Shown here: positions 1 through 14,136 of the stretch, piece by piece
Position numbering within the stretch: position 1 is the stretch's first letter
Layout of the letters: every line of letters begins with the position of its first letter
Origin: Octopus vulgaris
Lineage: Eukaryota
Assembly (NCBI GenBank): GCA_951406725.2
Contig: OX597815.1
Location: 201,934,001 to 201,998,000 of the forward strand
DNA: 64,000 bases
Direction of reading: 5' to 3'
The notes under the pieces: model-generated
Seen by the model: the letters and a program-made list of their open reading frames with translations, nothing else
Told to the model about the DNA's origin: nothing
The model's database searches: none
Made by a program: the position numbers and the translations under genes

Positions 1-36
1 GCATACACTTACGCTCATATTTACACACTCACACAT

Positions 37-100
<64 letters not shown>

Positions 101-541
101 ATTGTCACAATCACAATCACACTCACACACAAACACACATACAGCTTTTAGACGTACATATATAAACGCGACTAAGGGTGTTAAGACACCAACATTGCTA
201 GAAAAAAGAGCTAAAATGCTCCTGTGCTGTTATATAGCACGTGACATATATTATGATAAGTGTTGCAATCGCCCCGAACTGTGAACACCTTAATGTTATA
301 ACATTGCACCTTGCTGTTTATTGTTAATTTATACATATACACATATACACACACACACACAAACGCACACACATACACACACAAATGTATATATACATGC
401 ATACATACATATACACATACAAAGTAGACGTACGCAGTGTTGCACAGGTAACCCTTTTGTAGAAAAATGCGCTGTATTTAAATATTTTATCCTCTAAAGA
501 CATTATATATTTATACATACATACATACATACACACAGGCA

Positions 542-589
<48 letters not shown>

Positions 590-627
590 CATACACACAC
601 ACATTTATACATACATATAAATATATG

Positions 628-1603
628 ATAAAGCCAATGAAATAAGAGAATTAGACCAAAGCCAGACATACAAATATTTAGGAATCAATGAACTAGATAC
701 GATACAACACACACAAATGAAAGAGAAAATAAAGAAAGCATACTATATATGAGTTTGATCAATACTGAAAACAGAGCTCAATGCTAAAAAGAAGATAACA
801 GGTATTAACACTTTAGCCGTCCTAGTTATGAATTACAGCTACAATATCCTTAACTGGACACTAAATGAACTGACCAAAATAGATAGGAAAACAAGAAAAA
901 TAATGACAGGATCTAGGATGCATCACCCAACATCTGACATAGAAAGGCTATATACACAAAGTATAGAAGGTGGTAGAGACCTTATACAGCTGGAAAACAA
1001 TTATAAAATAAACACCATAAGACTGCAAAAATACCTACTTCAGAAGCGAGGAAAACTAAAGCAAATGACCATAAAACACGAGCAAAACAAAAATAAATGT
1101 TTTCAGTATTTAAGGAAGCTGCCAAATACAAACAAAAAATCATACTATCTAACAGATATGAAGAAGAAGAAGAAACAACAAAAGCTATACAACAAATGAA
1201 ATCCAAACTAAAACTAGAAGAGCAACGGACCATGATAAAACGATGGCAAATATTGGACTAAACTAAATGCAAAAGAAATAGACAGAGAAAAATTCCAGCA
1301 ATGTTTGAGAAGCTCAGGACTCAAAGCAGAGACTGAAGGATGTTTAATTGCAGCATAAGACCAAAGCCTTCTCACCAGAAATTACCAAAAACTTATAATG
1401 AAAAGAAACATAACAAGTAATTGCAAAATATATGGAGATAGGCAAGAAACAATAAATCATATTATCTCTGGCTGCCCAGTCCTGGTTAAGAAGGAATATA
1501 TTCACAGGCACGACAGAGTTGGGACCTACATACACTGGAAGCTATGCCAAGGCAATGGAATAACAACAGAAAAAAGATGGTAAAGGCACACGCCAGAAAA
1601 GTG
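628..1603 (+). pseudogene. Decayed R4/Dong-clade non-LTR retrotransposon fragment (RT thumb region to CCHC knuckle)
   Basis: Translates with stops and frameshifts to YKYLGINE..., NYSYNILNWTLNELTKIDRKTRKIMT..RMHHPTSDIERLY....EGGR.L, LKAETEG.LIAA*DQSL.TRNY and CKIYGDRQETINHIISGCPVL.KKEYIHRHDRVGTYIHWKLC, typical of R4/Dong elements. Confidence 0.8.
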
Positions 1604-2790
1604 TCGATGACAATATACTGTTAAGGAAACGATTCAACGCTGGATTGGTATGAAAAATACATTAATAGATTAGGTATTTCATAACAAGCAGGACCCAACA
1701 TGTGGTTGATGGCATCCACTCAAGACCTGCAAAAGTCATCAGCGGAATCCTGCAGAGTACTGTTTTGGGTCCACTTCTTTTTATTGTCTATAAACATGAC
1801 ATTGCACATTCCATTGAACATAGCTCCATTAAAATATTTACAGATGACGCTAAGCTCCATAAAGGGAGCATATGATCGGACGATGCTTCTATCGGATTTA
1901 TGCGTAGTAATCAAGTGGGCACAAAAGAACAATATGCAATTGAACGAATAAGAAACTGAGCTCATCAACATTGGAAAAGAGGGCACACTCAAACAATCAT
2001 GTACACTGCCGTCGGGAGACCTACTTGAACCGTGGAATAATATCAGCGAGTTAGGTGTAACTGTCGACAGCAAACTTAACTGGAGTACGCCCATCAATAA
2101 AAAAGTCGATGTTGCCCGCAGAATGTGTTCATGGATCCTCAGAACGTTTCAATGTAGGGATCATGAACTTACCAACCTTCTCTTCTCCACATTCGGTAGC
2201 CCCCACCACGAATATTGTTGTCCATTGTAATCCCCCTACAAAAAAACAAGAAATAATGAGGATCGAAGCTCCACAAAGATCAATCAGTAAAAAATGGCAT
2301 GACGGTATTTGATTATTGAGATCGACACAAACAGCTAAAACTCTATTCACTGCAACGCTGCCGCGAGCGATGCATTATTTGCACCACGTTGAAAATATTC
2401 CGCCAATATCATACAAATGATATCACTATTATGTTTACAATTCACCCAAGACTACCCCACCCCGTGCTATGCGGTCCCAACAAAGATCGAGATCACATCA
2501 CATAAGAACTTTGCGAAATAATTTCTTCATTGCAAGTGGTCCTGCTCTTTTCAAAGTTATCCCGAAAGAAATTATAGTACAAAAACACCCACAAATTTCA
2601 GACGGTACATGGACACATTCCTCCCAAAAATACCGTATAAACCAACTACACCTTGATACATCTGAGCCAATAACACCTCTCTGCTTGAGTGGTCGATGGT
2701 ATCTCGAAATAATTAACTAAAATACTTTTTAAGGTGGTGCTTTTGAGTTAGTCATGGCGTGGGCCGATAATGGACGAAACCAACGTAAGC
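1604..2790 (+). pseudogene. Decayed CR1-group LINE, 3' half (RT and 3' tail)
   Basis: Frameshifted motifs TVLGPLLFI, KIFTDD, VIKWAQKNNMQLN, ELGVTVDSKLNW, MCSWILRTF, LYSLQR.RER, GPALF..IPKEI; ends in a GGTGGTGC...CATGGC...GAAAC tail. Confidence 0.75.
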
Positions 2791-2812
2791 CATATATAAT
2801 ATATATATATAT

Positions 2813-3005
2813 AACGGGAAAGTTTACGAAAATAAAGAAAAGACGAAGGCAGGTGGAGTACAAACAAACAAATGTATTACTATAGCGCTCAGAAATAGAA
2901 ATAGAAAAAGTCTTTTACGTTTCGAGCTTACGCTCTTCGACAGAAAGATACACATAAAAGAAAACAAGTAGAGAAACAAGGAGAGAAACAAAAGCGTGTA
3001 GGAGC
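2813..3005 (-). mobile_element. Short HHR-bearing non-autonomous PLE-like element, family H1
   Basis: Near-identical copies at 7627-7845 and 31861-32030; 3' end (minus strand) abuts (TA)n; contains an HHR-like fold. Confidence 0.7.
2911..2948 (-). ncRNA. Minimal type I hammerhead-like motif with variant core CUGUCGA
   Basis: Minus strand reads UCUUU CUGUCGA A GAGC GUAA GCUC GAAA CG UA AAAGA: stem I, stem II and GAAA-CG-UH all present. Confidence 0.6.
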
Positions 3006-3311
3006 TTGAAATATGTTTGTCACGTATTAGGCAAATAGCCCGTAGTTACCATAAGAGAGAAAAATCTCTCTTGTGGTAAAAAGGAACCTGAGACATCGAT
3101 GTTTCGAGTTTTTTGGCTCTTGTCAATGAGATATACCTCTGGGAGGCAACATTGAACGAACTTAATAGAGCTATAGCCTAATCTATAATTCAGTCAACAC
3201 GTTGACTGATCTGCGCTAATAAATCGCCCGATGAAATTAATTAACGGGGCATAGGTGCAAAGCAGCCTTCAGGTGTGAGGAAAATTTAGGTTAGTTGAAA
3301 TATGTTTGTCA
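3006..3311 (-). mobile_element. ~289-nt retrozyme-like unit (family H2) with 17-nt terminal direct repeat
   Basis: TTGAAATATGTTTGTCA at 3006-3022 and 3295-3311; a partial inverted copy lies at ~8438-8621; contains an HHR. Confidence 0.55.
3086..3132 (-). ncRNA. Hammerhead motif with U3-A8 core (UUGACAA)
   Basis: Minus strand AUCUCA UUGACAA GAG CCAAAAAA CUC GAAA CAUCGAUG UC UCAGGU; palindromic stem III. Confidence 0.55.
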
Positions 3312-4910
3312 TAAATTCCAACTGCTTAAGGAAAAATATATATATAGTTGTGCTCCAGAATGACCACAGCCCCCTGGTTGAAACAAATAAAAGAATATAG
3401 ATATAATACATATGTATGCATCTATTGCAATATATAAATTCATAGAATATTGTGGTTGTCAGAAGCTCCTCTAGTGAATCCGGGTATCACGCCAGATATT
3501 AACCCAATACTGAGTAATATAAAGCAGGGTTCTTTGTACCCAAAATTCAGAGAACCAGTGACGGAATTATTTCATGAAGAGTGTATATTGCATAAAATGC
3601 CAGGAAGTGTGAGAGTGAATATATATTACTTAAGTACTTGATATTCTTAGGGTTACGGCCGTTTCGCAGCCACCTTGATGTAATCATAATTTCAATGTAT
3701 AATAATTATTTAACATGATTGCAACAATATGCACCCTACGTATTGAGCAATACAATCGTACAATTACAAATCAATGGAAATAAAAAACGTTGTTCTTCAG
3801 ATCAGCAGAACATCTTTCTATTTCATCTCTGCACAGATGAGAAGCAGTTTTGTAAACACTGTCTATCTCTCGGAAGGTAAACTTGTGAGTATCTATGGAT
3901 TTGAGTGACGAAATTAGAATTTTTGCATTCTTGAATAACTGTAAATGACAGATACAGAATTAAGAAAGAAAATAAAAACGGAACACAGAAGTATCCTCCA
4001 CAATGAAACTCATACTCACGCACGCACGTACGCTACAGGTTTTATAATTTTCCACATAGAAACGATACATTGTGCAGAAGAAAACCATCATTACGTAAAA
4101 AGATATTTAATTTAATGAAAATATTACATCACATTATGTTGATTTCTTTGACAGTTCGTCCATTTGCGCTAGCTGAGATCATATTCTTACTTGTGGCCAT
4201 GTTTTCACACTGAGTTTCCTCGAATTACATTTAGTCTTACAATCTAATGTATGAATGCAGCACATGTCACTGAATCCATTAGCCATATTACTTTTTTTCA
4301 CTTTGGATCAGATATACCAATGACCGAGGCTACTTCAGCAGATGTGTATATGTAACTAACGATTCAGATTATTGCAAATCCTGAGCATAGTTCTCACGAA
4401 GATTGCCAAGGAAAATGTAAGACGTCTTCCGTTCACAATTGTAAAATCAAACAATATATTTTATACGTCTTGTATTGCAACGTATAAACATGGCAAATAT
4501 GTTATAATGTAAAGCAACGTTCCTCTCTCTCTTGCATGCATCTACAGCAATGTGAACAGAAAATGATGTTAAAGATTGTCATACTGTGATGTTGCTAAAA
4601 ACAAACACAACGGAAATTATCCATAATTCGTTACAGTATCTTATTAAAGTTTAAATCATGATAAAGCTCATACAGTTCGTTAGAAAATTTACGAAGAAGT
4701 GTTGTTATTTATCATAATTAGCAAATATTTAGAGATAATAGAGACTGTCCTCAATTAAGTTTAGAGGAGAACACTTTCTTTCTGTTTCATTATTCCTCGA
4801 GAGTCAGTGTCCATAGATTTCTCTGCACATTATAAAGCTGTCATCGTGTCAAAGAATACGCGAGCATCATATTCCCACACTTTGTGCGAACATCTTGAAT
4901 AAGTTAAATA

Positions 4911-5300
4911 GGCGTAGGAGTGGCTGTGTGGTAAATAGCTTGCAGTCCCACTGCGTGGCACCTTGGGCAAGTGTCATCTACAATAGCCTCGGGCCGACCA
5001 AAGCCTTGTGAGTGGATTTGGTAAACGGAAACTGAAAGAAGCCCATCGTATATATGTGTATATATATATATGTGTGTGTGTGTATGTGTTTGTGTGTTTG
5101 TGATTGTCCCCCTAATATCGCTTGACAACCGATGATTGTGTGTTTACGTCCTTGTAACTTAGTGGTCCGGCAAAAGAGACCGATAGAATAAGTACTAGAC
5201 TTACAAAGAATAAGTCCTAGAGTCGATTTGCTCGACTGAAGTCGGTGCTCCAGCATGGCCACAGTCAAATGACTGAAACAAGTAAAAGAGTAAAAGAGTA
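4911..5300 (+). mobile_element. tRNA-derived SINE, family A
   Basis: GGAGTGGCTGTGTGGTAA head, CCTTGGGCAAGTGTC body, internal (TA)/(TG) tract, GGTGCTCCAGCATGGCC-CAGTCAAATGACTGAAAC-(AGTAAAAG)n tail; several copies in the window. Confidence 0.85.
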
Positions 5301-6688
5301 AATCACTCAGCTCCATTCGCGTGGTATCTTCAGTACGTCAACTACGGCGTAATACACGTAGACAATTCACAATCGATTAACCATATCACTAAATAGCTTC
5401 TCTTAAAAGACGCTAAATTTTTATAACTCTTAATTTTCAATATTATATCTACTCACAACTCTGGAGTGCATCGTTAGATATACATCTAATGACGCACTTC
5501 AATACCACCCGTATTTTCTCCGGTTATCGGATAACATTTTACCTGTTCACAAAACCTAGTTAAACAGACGTTAATAAGGTTCACATCGTACATCTACATT
5601 TCAATAAAAAGGCAAACCGCACGTGTCTATATCACCTTTGGTTACAGGTATGCTCAGTTAAATCTCACTTGGATTTAAACAACAACGTTTAGCTTAAATA
5701 TTAGAGTAATATTTAACACCCATAAAAATGCAAATACAGCTTCTATTCATGAACTTGAAGAACAACACGATTCCAATGGTGTGAGCTCATGAAAATATTC
5801 TGGAAATGAGTCAGTTGCAAAATTGAATTCAATTTAAATGATAATCAGGTTAAAATGTGAAATCCCATATGAAAACATATTGCTTCACCGATATTCAATG
5901 AAAACGTTTAGGATTTAATTCTCATGAAAGGTGATATATTCGTGATGTTGCTGGGAAGAATTAGATTTCCCGAAGGCAGTACGATATAGATGAGCATCCT
6001 ATGGACGGAATCGACTATTTCTCATATAGGTGAAACTATACAAACCGACACACAAACACGTGCGCGCACACACAAACACACACATAACACACATATAAAC
6101 TTATATAGATACGCTCACACGAGCCCAGCACCATTGCATGCGAGTGCGAACGAGTGTATATATACACGTACTTAACATATATATTTCCATGCATCCATAT
6201 ATGCACATCACATAGACATACACACCGACACGCATAAACAGATACAGACACACACGCATATACATATACATACACACACACACACGCATATACATATACA
6301 TACACACACACACACATATATATTTATATATACACGTAAATGTCGAACGTTGAAAATGAATTCTCAACACAGGATAGAATTTACACACACATACACACAC
6401 ACAGATATATGTAAACCTATATATACTACGTCCCCCCGTGCCGTCAAAAATGATGGCTTATTGAATATTTTATATAAGAAAGGGTACAAAACGGTAAAAA
6501 CAATCAAACTGGGCTTCAACTCTGTGTGTGCGTGTGTGTGTGTGTTTGTGTGTGTGTGTGTATGTGTGTGTGTGTGTGTATGTGTGTGTGTGTGCGTGCC
6601 TGTGTATACATTTATATGTATGAGTACTACAGTCTGTAGCGAATGCTGTTTTCTATACTTTGTCACAAACCGCCTCCTTCCTTTTAAA

Positions 6689-6747
<59 letters not shown>

Positions 6748-6882
6748 TAAAGGGAGTTACAAATATTGTTCTCTGTGGAGACTTATTTTTGTAGTAAAAG
6801 GAAATAGTAGTCCTTTAGCTGCTATTTCTAATATTTTCGGTATGTGGTTTAAGCAACTTGTTGCAAAAAAACCTTATTATTA

Positions 6883-6951
<69 letters not shown>

Positions 6952-7312
6952 GTGTCTGTAATTCTATTTTCTATACATCTTTCTAAATAAACGTACGGAG
7001 ACACATATAAAGTCACTCTAATATATAAATATATTTTAAACAAACACACACACATACTCACACAGAATTGAAACGCTCTTTGATTTTCGTTTCACCGTTG
7101 ACATTTCACCATCCCATTTCCATTGATGTATCACACCTTCCTTTCTTATTCATATGTTGGAACGGAGATATGCACAAGAGTATTTCATTTAACGCTTTCC
7201 CCGTATTGATGGCCTTTTGTAAAGATTTAAAACCAATGTAGTATTGCTACACCTGGTGGTTCTGTGTTTCGAGCCACTGAGTGGCACCTTGGGCAAATGT
7301 CTCCTAGTATAG

Positions 7313-7500
7313 TAAGAATTTACAAAAATTAAAGAAGATGAAGACGGGTGTGTAAAGAACAAACAGATGAATTAGTTTAACGCTCGGGTAGTGAGAAAGT
7401 CTTTTACTATTCAAGCCTACGCTCTTCGACAGAAAGGAACACAGAGAAAATAGAAAAAGATTTAGTAGCTAGCGATCTATCATGGCGAATGGCGGCCACA
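7313..7500 (-). mobile_element. Diverged H1-related HHR element
   Basis: Shares GCCTACGCTCTTCGACAGAAAG and the tail layout with 2813-3005; the GAAAC arm is mutated. Confidence 0.55.
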
Positions 7501-7626
7501 GGGGTCACACAGGGGATCTAGGGGAGATAGAAATGGGAAGAAATGGAGAAGGCTGATCAAAGCCTAAATGTGGTAGACGGAGACTGAAAGAAGTCTTTCA
7601 TGTGTGTGTGTATATATATATATATA

Positions 7627-7845
7627 TAACGGGAAAGTTTACGAAAATAAACAAAAGACGAAGGCAGGTGGAGTACAAACAAACAAATGTATTAGTATAG
7701 CGCTCAGGAATAGAAATAGAAAAAGTATTTTACGTTTCGAGCCTACGCTCATCGACAGAAAGATACACAGAAAAAAACAAAGAGAGAAACAAGGAGAGAA
7801 AAAAACTGCGTGTAGGAGCTAACGATCTAACATGGCGTCCTGACT
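7627..7845 (-). mobile_element. HHR-bearing element, family H1 (HHR ~7726-7763)
   Basis: Copy of 2813-3005; minus strand CUUU CUGUCGA U GAGC GUAG GCUC GAAA CG UA AAAU; abuts (TA)n. Confidence 0.7.
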
Positions 7846-7861
7846 TATACAGGAGCGCGCA

Positions 7862-8090
7862 CGTGTGTGTGTCCATCTTTATGTCTGTGTTTGTCCCTCA
7901 CCAACTCTTGACAACATGTGGTGGTGTGTTTACGTACCAGTAAACTAGCGATTCAGCAAAGAGAGAACGACAAAATAAGTAGCAAGTTTTAAAATAAAGT
8001 AATGTGGTTGAATCATTCAATTAAGATTTCATTCTTCAACACGTGCCCCAGCATGGCATAAATCTAATGACTGAAGCAAATAAAAGATAT
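7862..8090 (+). mobile_element. SINE family A, degraded 3' half
   Basis: TTGACAAC..GGTGTGTTTACGT..AGCGATTCAGCAAA..GTGCCCCAGCATGGC..ATGACTGAA. Confidence 0.6.
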
Positions 8091-8221
8091 ACCTACACAA
8101 ACAGATTGTAGCGACAATCAAATAAGTTTAAGTACATTGCAAGGGTCACAACAGCAACATCAATATCAAGAATACCAACATTAAGAAAACACCATTAGAA
8201 AGGACGGTACTAAAATATTGT

Positions 8222-8433
8222 TTCAAATTTTGGCACAAGGCCAGCAATATCAGGGGAGAGAGTAAGTCGGTTACGTCGCTCCCAATGTTCAGATGGTACT
8301 TATTTTATCGATCCCGAAAAGATGAAAGGCAAACCTGACCCTCGCCGGAATTTGAAAGCAGGACGTAAAGACGGGCGAAATACTGTTAAGCATTTTGGCC
8401 AACTTACTAACGGTTCTTCAAGCTCGTTGCCTT
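8222..8433 (-). mobile_element. SINE family B, degraded
   Basis: Reverse complement of GGCGAGCT..CGTTAG..TATTTCG..CTTTACGT..CAAATTCCG..TTTGCCTTTCATC..GATAAAATAAGTACC. Confidence 0.7.
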
Positions 8434-8562
8434 ACAATACCTATGCTCCGTTAATTAATTTGATCGGGCGATTTACTAGCGCAGATCAGTGAACGTGTTG
8501 GCTGAACTATAGATTAAGCTATAGCTTTATTAAGTTCGTTCAGAGTTGCCTCTCAGTGGTAT

Positions 8563-8609
8563 ATCTCATTGACAAGAGCCAAAAAACTCGAAACATCGAT
8601 GTCTCAGAT
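8563..8609 (+). ncRNA. Hammerhead motif with U3-A8 core (family H2, in the partial copy 8438-8621)
   Basis: ATCTCA TTGACAA GAG CCAAAAAA CTC GAAA CATCGATG TC TCAGAT; stem I has one mismatch. Confidence 0.55.
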
Positions 8610-8632
8610 TCCTTTTTACCATAATATTTAGA

Positions 8633-8677
<45 letters not shown>

Positions 8678-8809
8678 CACTAGGGAGTAAATCCAAACTA
8701 AATTTAAATTTTGAATTTTATATTTTATATTTTTTTTAATTAATACTTTTCTATGTATTGGTTTATGATTTTCACTGTTTGAGTTGCCTAATAGTGGTTT
8801 TATCTCTAA

Positions 8810-8870
<61 letters not shown>

Positions 8871-11800
8871 TTATTGTGTCAAATACTACAATGAAATATA
8901 ATATGAAGAACCGCATCATACGTTTATCTTTATTATTTCGATAGGAGGAATGGGTTTCTCCGCCTATAGTTATACAAATTCCAAAACTGATGCTATGAGG
9001 GAGAAATTTTCCAAAGGCAGGTCTATCTTCAGTATTCCACTAAACGTATACAATGTTCCGCGTAGGGGTTTTAACTTGCAAATAGGTTATGCTGGAAGTT
9101 GCAAGTGGGTTATGCTGGAATTATAACTCAGAACGCAAATACTCCAAGGTATCCCGCCTAAAGCTTTATCGATCCTGCCAATCAGCCAATCCACAGCTAG
9201 AGACTAATACTTTATTTATTTCACCAACCGGATACGATGAAAGGCACAATTGACCTCGGATATATTTCGTGCAATGCAGTAACAATTCTGCCACTTCATT
9301 CCATGCAATTACTAACTCTTAGTAATTGTTAAATGCAGAATTACTATGAATCATACTGCAAATACTGGAATACATTAATTCATTTCACGCAGTATAATGA
9401 TTTCAAATTTATGCAAAAGTCCTGCAAATTGAGAGAGTGTTTCATTGATGCCATCATCTACACGACCTAAATTGAAACATATTTTAAAATCCCATTATCT
9501 TCCGCATCCAATATACACTATCTCACACTTCTATCGCTCTCTATCATTCCCTCCGTCTCTTTCTCTGTCTGTCTTTGTCCTTGTCCGTCTATCTATCTGT
9601 CTGTATTCCTCTCTCTCCCTCCCTCTCTCTTTCTCCCTCCCTCTCTATTTCTCCCTCCCTCTATATCGCTCTCCCTCTCTCTTCTCCCCTGTCTCTCTCT
9701 CTCTTTCTCTCTCTCTTCTGAACTGATTTCTCTCTCCTATTCTGACACATTTATCACAGCATTTATTTCTCTAATTTTGTTCTCTAGCCATTATTAAGCA
9801 CTGCTTCATAATAGATGGAGACAACACACACTCACACGCACGCGTGCACACACACTCACACACACACACGCACACACACACACACATGAACACACAAACA
9901 CACACAAACATTCACACACACTCACATTCACACAGACAGACACAGATATATATGTATATAGAGATTTCACACACACGTACACACACACACACACACATGA
10001 ACACACAAACACACACAAAGTATGTATGTATGTGTATGTCCGTGCATAAGTTTCACACAATTGTCCCATAACCGAACTCTTATTGAACAACATATAATAA
10101 AATAGAATAATTTTCCTATGGTAGATTCGATTTGCTTAGGTTACAATAAATGATCGTATAATAGTTACACTTCAATGACTAATCGAATCTGAAATGCAAC
10201 TGGCTGTATGAAGAAACCTCCACATTTTCAATGTTTAAAATCTTGTCTTCAGAAACATTTAATTGTGAATATGTCAATATGTAGCAAGAAGCATATCACG
10301 TGCGCATGCCTCTAAGTGTGTGAGAGATAACTTTCTGAGACACTTACTGAAACATTCTCTTATACTTATATATTTTCGACAAAGAAACAAAGTAATACAA
10401 GTACATGGAACCGGTTATTCATAAGAAAACATAAATACTATATGAAGGGAAAAACTCATTATATATAAATTGTTATCCATATATCAAATGGAGAATATGT
10501 TGCCTGAGAATTAATACAAATTCAATTATTTAGTAAAGAGAAATTCTATATAGCTCATATTTCATAAGCACAGTTAAAGATATCTGACGTTTCCTCTCTT
10601 TATAACTGTAATTATTTGTGACCTAACCAATATATTTTCATTAGATTTCTAAAAAGCACAAATTATGTTACCTTTCTGAAAATGAATGCGATTCTAAGGC
10701 TGAAAAGGGAAACAAAAAAGAAAAAATTCGTCATTGATGGACTGCATTGTCGGTGAAATTGTGTGTGGATATGAACGTACTTTTAGCTAAAAGCTTCTGT
10801 GTTATTCAGCTGAAAGTCTGAAATAACATATGCGAATTCATAACATGAAATGGATACTTCCAATTTCGCTTCATTACACATCTTGATATTTTTCTCTCTA
10901 ATTATCTGTTATTTGATCTATAAACAGAAGCGTAAATGAGTGGTTGTAATTAAAATCTCATTTATTGGCACCTATATTAATTTGGTAGATTTCAATATAC
11001 TTATTTACATTTTGTATGTTTAAATACATATACGACTATAGAATCTTTCCATATAGAAACAATTAAATAATGGCCCATATAATTGCTTTGTTCTCAATAC
11101 ATGCACAACATTCTCTCTATAAAATATTATGTACATACTTAACATATGGATATTCATTTTTATAAACAATACAATTGGAATCGAAATAACATTGAATTGA
11201 ATACGTACAACAATTATGTTCGGATCCTTGCTTTCCAGATTGCCAGTATTTATTCTCTAGAGTTTTATCAAATTTGCCACTTAAAGCCAAATATTACTCT
11301 AACTGTGAAACAACGTTACTGATGTATTAAGCTTAAATATATATTGAAATATATTTAAATACACTCCTAATATATTACATAGATTACAACAGGCTGCTAA
11401 TTAATACTGATACCTGCAAATTCAATGCTGTAAATTTCGACTGAAATTTTTCTCGTCATGCGTCTGGAACTAAGTGTCCAGTTTAGAAACAGTGTAGAAG
11501 AACCACATTCATGTGAGAATTCCTGCTAATATTTCGCGCTACTTCCACAGGCATTTAAAACCATGACTACAAGCCGGAGACAAGAAAAAACAGATATCAA
11601 AAAAGTCAAAATTATTCACTCATCTTAGAACTATTTATTTTATATAGAGTAACTATATATTGTACAAATTCAAGGAACATAAGCGTTCCACACAGTTATA
11701 ATTAGTTTAATAAACTAATAGTATTTACTATATATTGACGTTAAGTTTTATGTTAATTTACTTTTACCAATATATAAGAAATTGTTTCATTCATTTACTG

Positions 11801-12655
11801 ACAAGTTTTGCAAACATGTATTTCCTATTTTTCACAGAGAGTCTAATGTGATTTCTTCTGTATTATAAGGTTTTTATGTACAATATTGGAAATATAGGTA
11901 ATTATTCGTCGGCAAACATCAAATGGTACAATGTATCGATCCCATGTGGTTATTCGTCTTTAATATTTTGATCTAGTCGTACATTTCCTAATGCTATGCA
12001 CACATTTAGATATAAAGGCATTTCATCCGTTCTTTATAATTTCGTCTTGAATTTTCTGAAGTTATAAAGGTTTCTTTCACTTCTTAATTATAATCATCAT
12101 CATTGTGAGCATTCTCATATATATCAGCGCCGTTATAATAACCAGCATCAACATCATCAAAACACGTAATTGTTATGCTATGAGTATGATAGTGTAGTGT
12201 TTCATATGCCAAAATACCTAAGAACTACTTCAGACGTTATTCTTTTATTGAAGTCTATCCATGTAATTGTCAGCAATTGTGGTGTTTTTGAAATATGAAT
12301 ATGTATCATAATTCAATAGATTCTATTTACATGCGCATATCATTGTATGTCTCCCTAACACTTTCATTTTTTTTGTTTGTATTTTGTGGAATTTCTATAG
12401 TCATTGTTCAGACAATAAACATTTCTTCCTCTGCGTTATAGAGAAATGATAAGGTTCATTCAAATCTGTATCAGAGGTTCTCATGGCAATCAGAAAAATG
12501 TAACAAAAAATCAATAAGTACCTAAAAATATTTTGTGTAACAATGGTTTGCTCTCCTCAGATCAATTTCAATATTGTTACTTCCACTAGTAAAATATTGA
12601 CTACAGAACTGGAGAATAGCGACAGATATATACAGAAATATACACCTATAGTTCT

Positions 12656-12709
<54 letters not shown>

Positions 12710-12729
12710 CGTGTATATATATATATATA

Positions 12730-12806
<77 letters not shown>

Positions 12807-14047
12807 TTATATATTTGTGAGTGTGTGTGTGTGTGTGTATTCATATCAAGTGTGTGAAATTTGAATGGGGAAAAACGCTAGTAAAAATACTCATCTGAAT
12901 TGACTATTGGAAACTGAAATGAAATTAGCGATCTTTGAAAAGAAATAATATGATGCTGATGGCTGCGTTTGAGAATGTTCAATCTGAATTACATTTTTTT
13001 TTTTCATAGAAAGTATAATAGAGATAGCTTTGATGAATTACATGTCTTTTCATTATGAATAAATGAAAGAAATACTTTCTATTTGAGGGTCTGATTTATA
13101 AGTAAATAACTTTAATATTAATGGATAGTTTATATATGTATATATAACGATACATATACACCTCATACACACAAAATTATATATACATATATATGTTTGC
13201 ATTAGATGGAATTGAATGTTTATAAAATATAGCAATTTCTTTTCTCATGTAGGATGATACGGAATCATTTTAATTGATTTCTATTTATTAAAATCACTAT
13301 TCCATGCATCACGTGGCAATATTGCTTTAAATAGATGAATTGCAATTGTATACCACCGACTAGTTTTCTTTATCACAACCTCGGAATATATTTCCGACCA
13401 AATTAACAGCTGAAGTAATTGATTTGTCATTCCCAGTTATAGAGGAGCAAATAAATATTTCAATCACGTCTAGTGTCAATTTATTTGTATCACTTACTTT
13501 ATTATAAAACCATAAGTTAATGGTAAATATTTTGAAATATAATAAATCTTATATATGACTATCAAATAACTCTTTTATATCACATAATGATATTTATTTT
13601 CAGAATATAAAGAGGGAAAATATCACCCACCTAAATGTCACGCGTCGAAATTCGTATGGTGTATTTAAAAATTCCAAATATCTTCATTTTCATATTAAGC
13701 AAAATATCCATCAATATAGACTTCCATCCATAAATAGAATGCACATACAAAATGCACAGCATCACATATTCCCTCACGTGGAAGCCTGATTACCTGCATA
13801 TACATCTATAGCTATCCATCTATCTATCTATCTATCTCACTGTTTGTCTGTCCGTACGGATCAGCCATGTTGAAGTGGCAACAAACATTACTTGATATAT
13901 ATATATATATTGTATTGTATTGGCATCCTTTCTGTCTCGGGAGACAATGGAGTTGCACATTTTTTTTTTTCTAGGTCTAGTCCGGCTGTTATATTTTATT
14001 TCCTGTTACATTTCTTGCTGTGGCTGTGTAGTCCTATCCTGGACAAA

Positions 14048-14135
<88 letters not shown>

Positions 14136-14136
14136 C

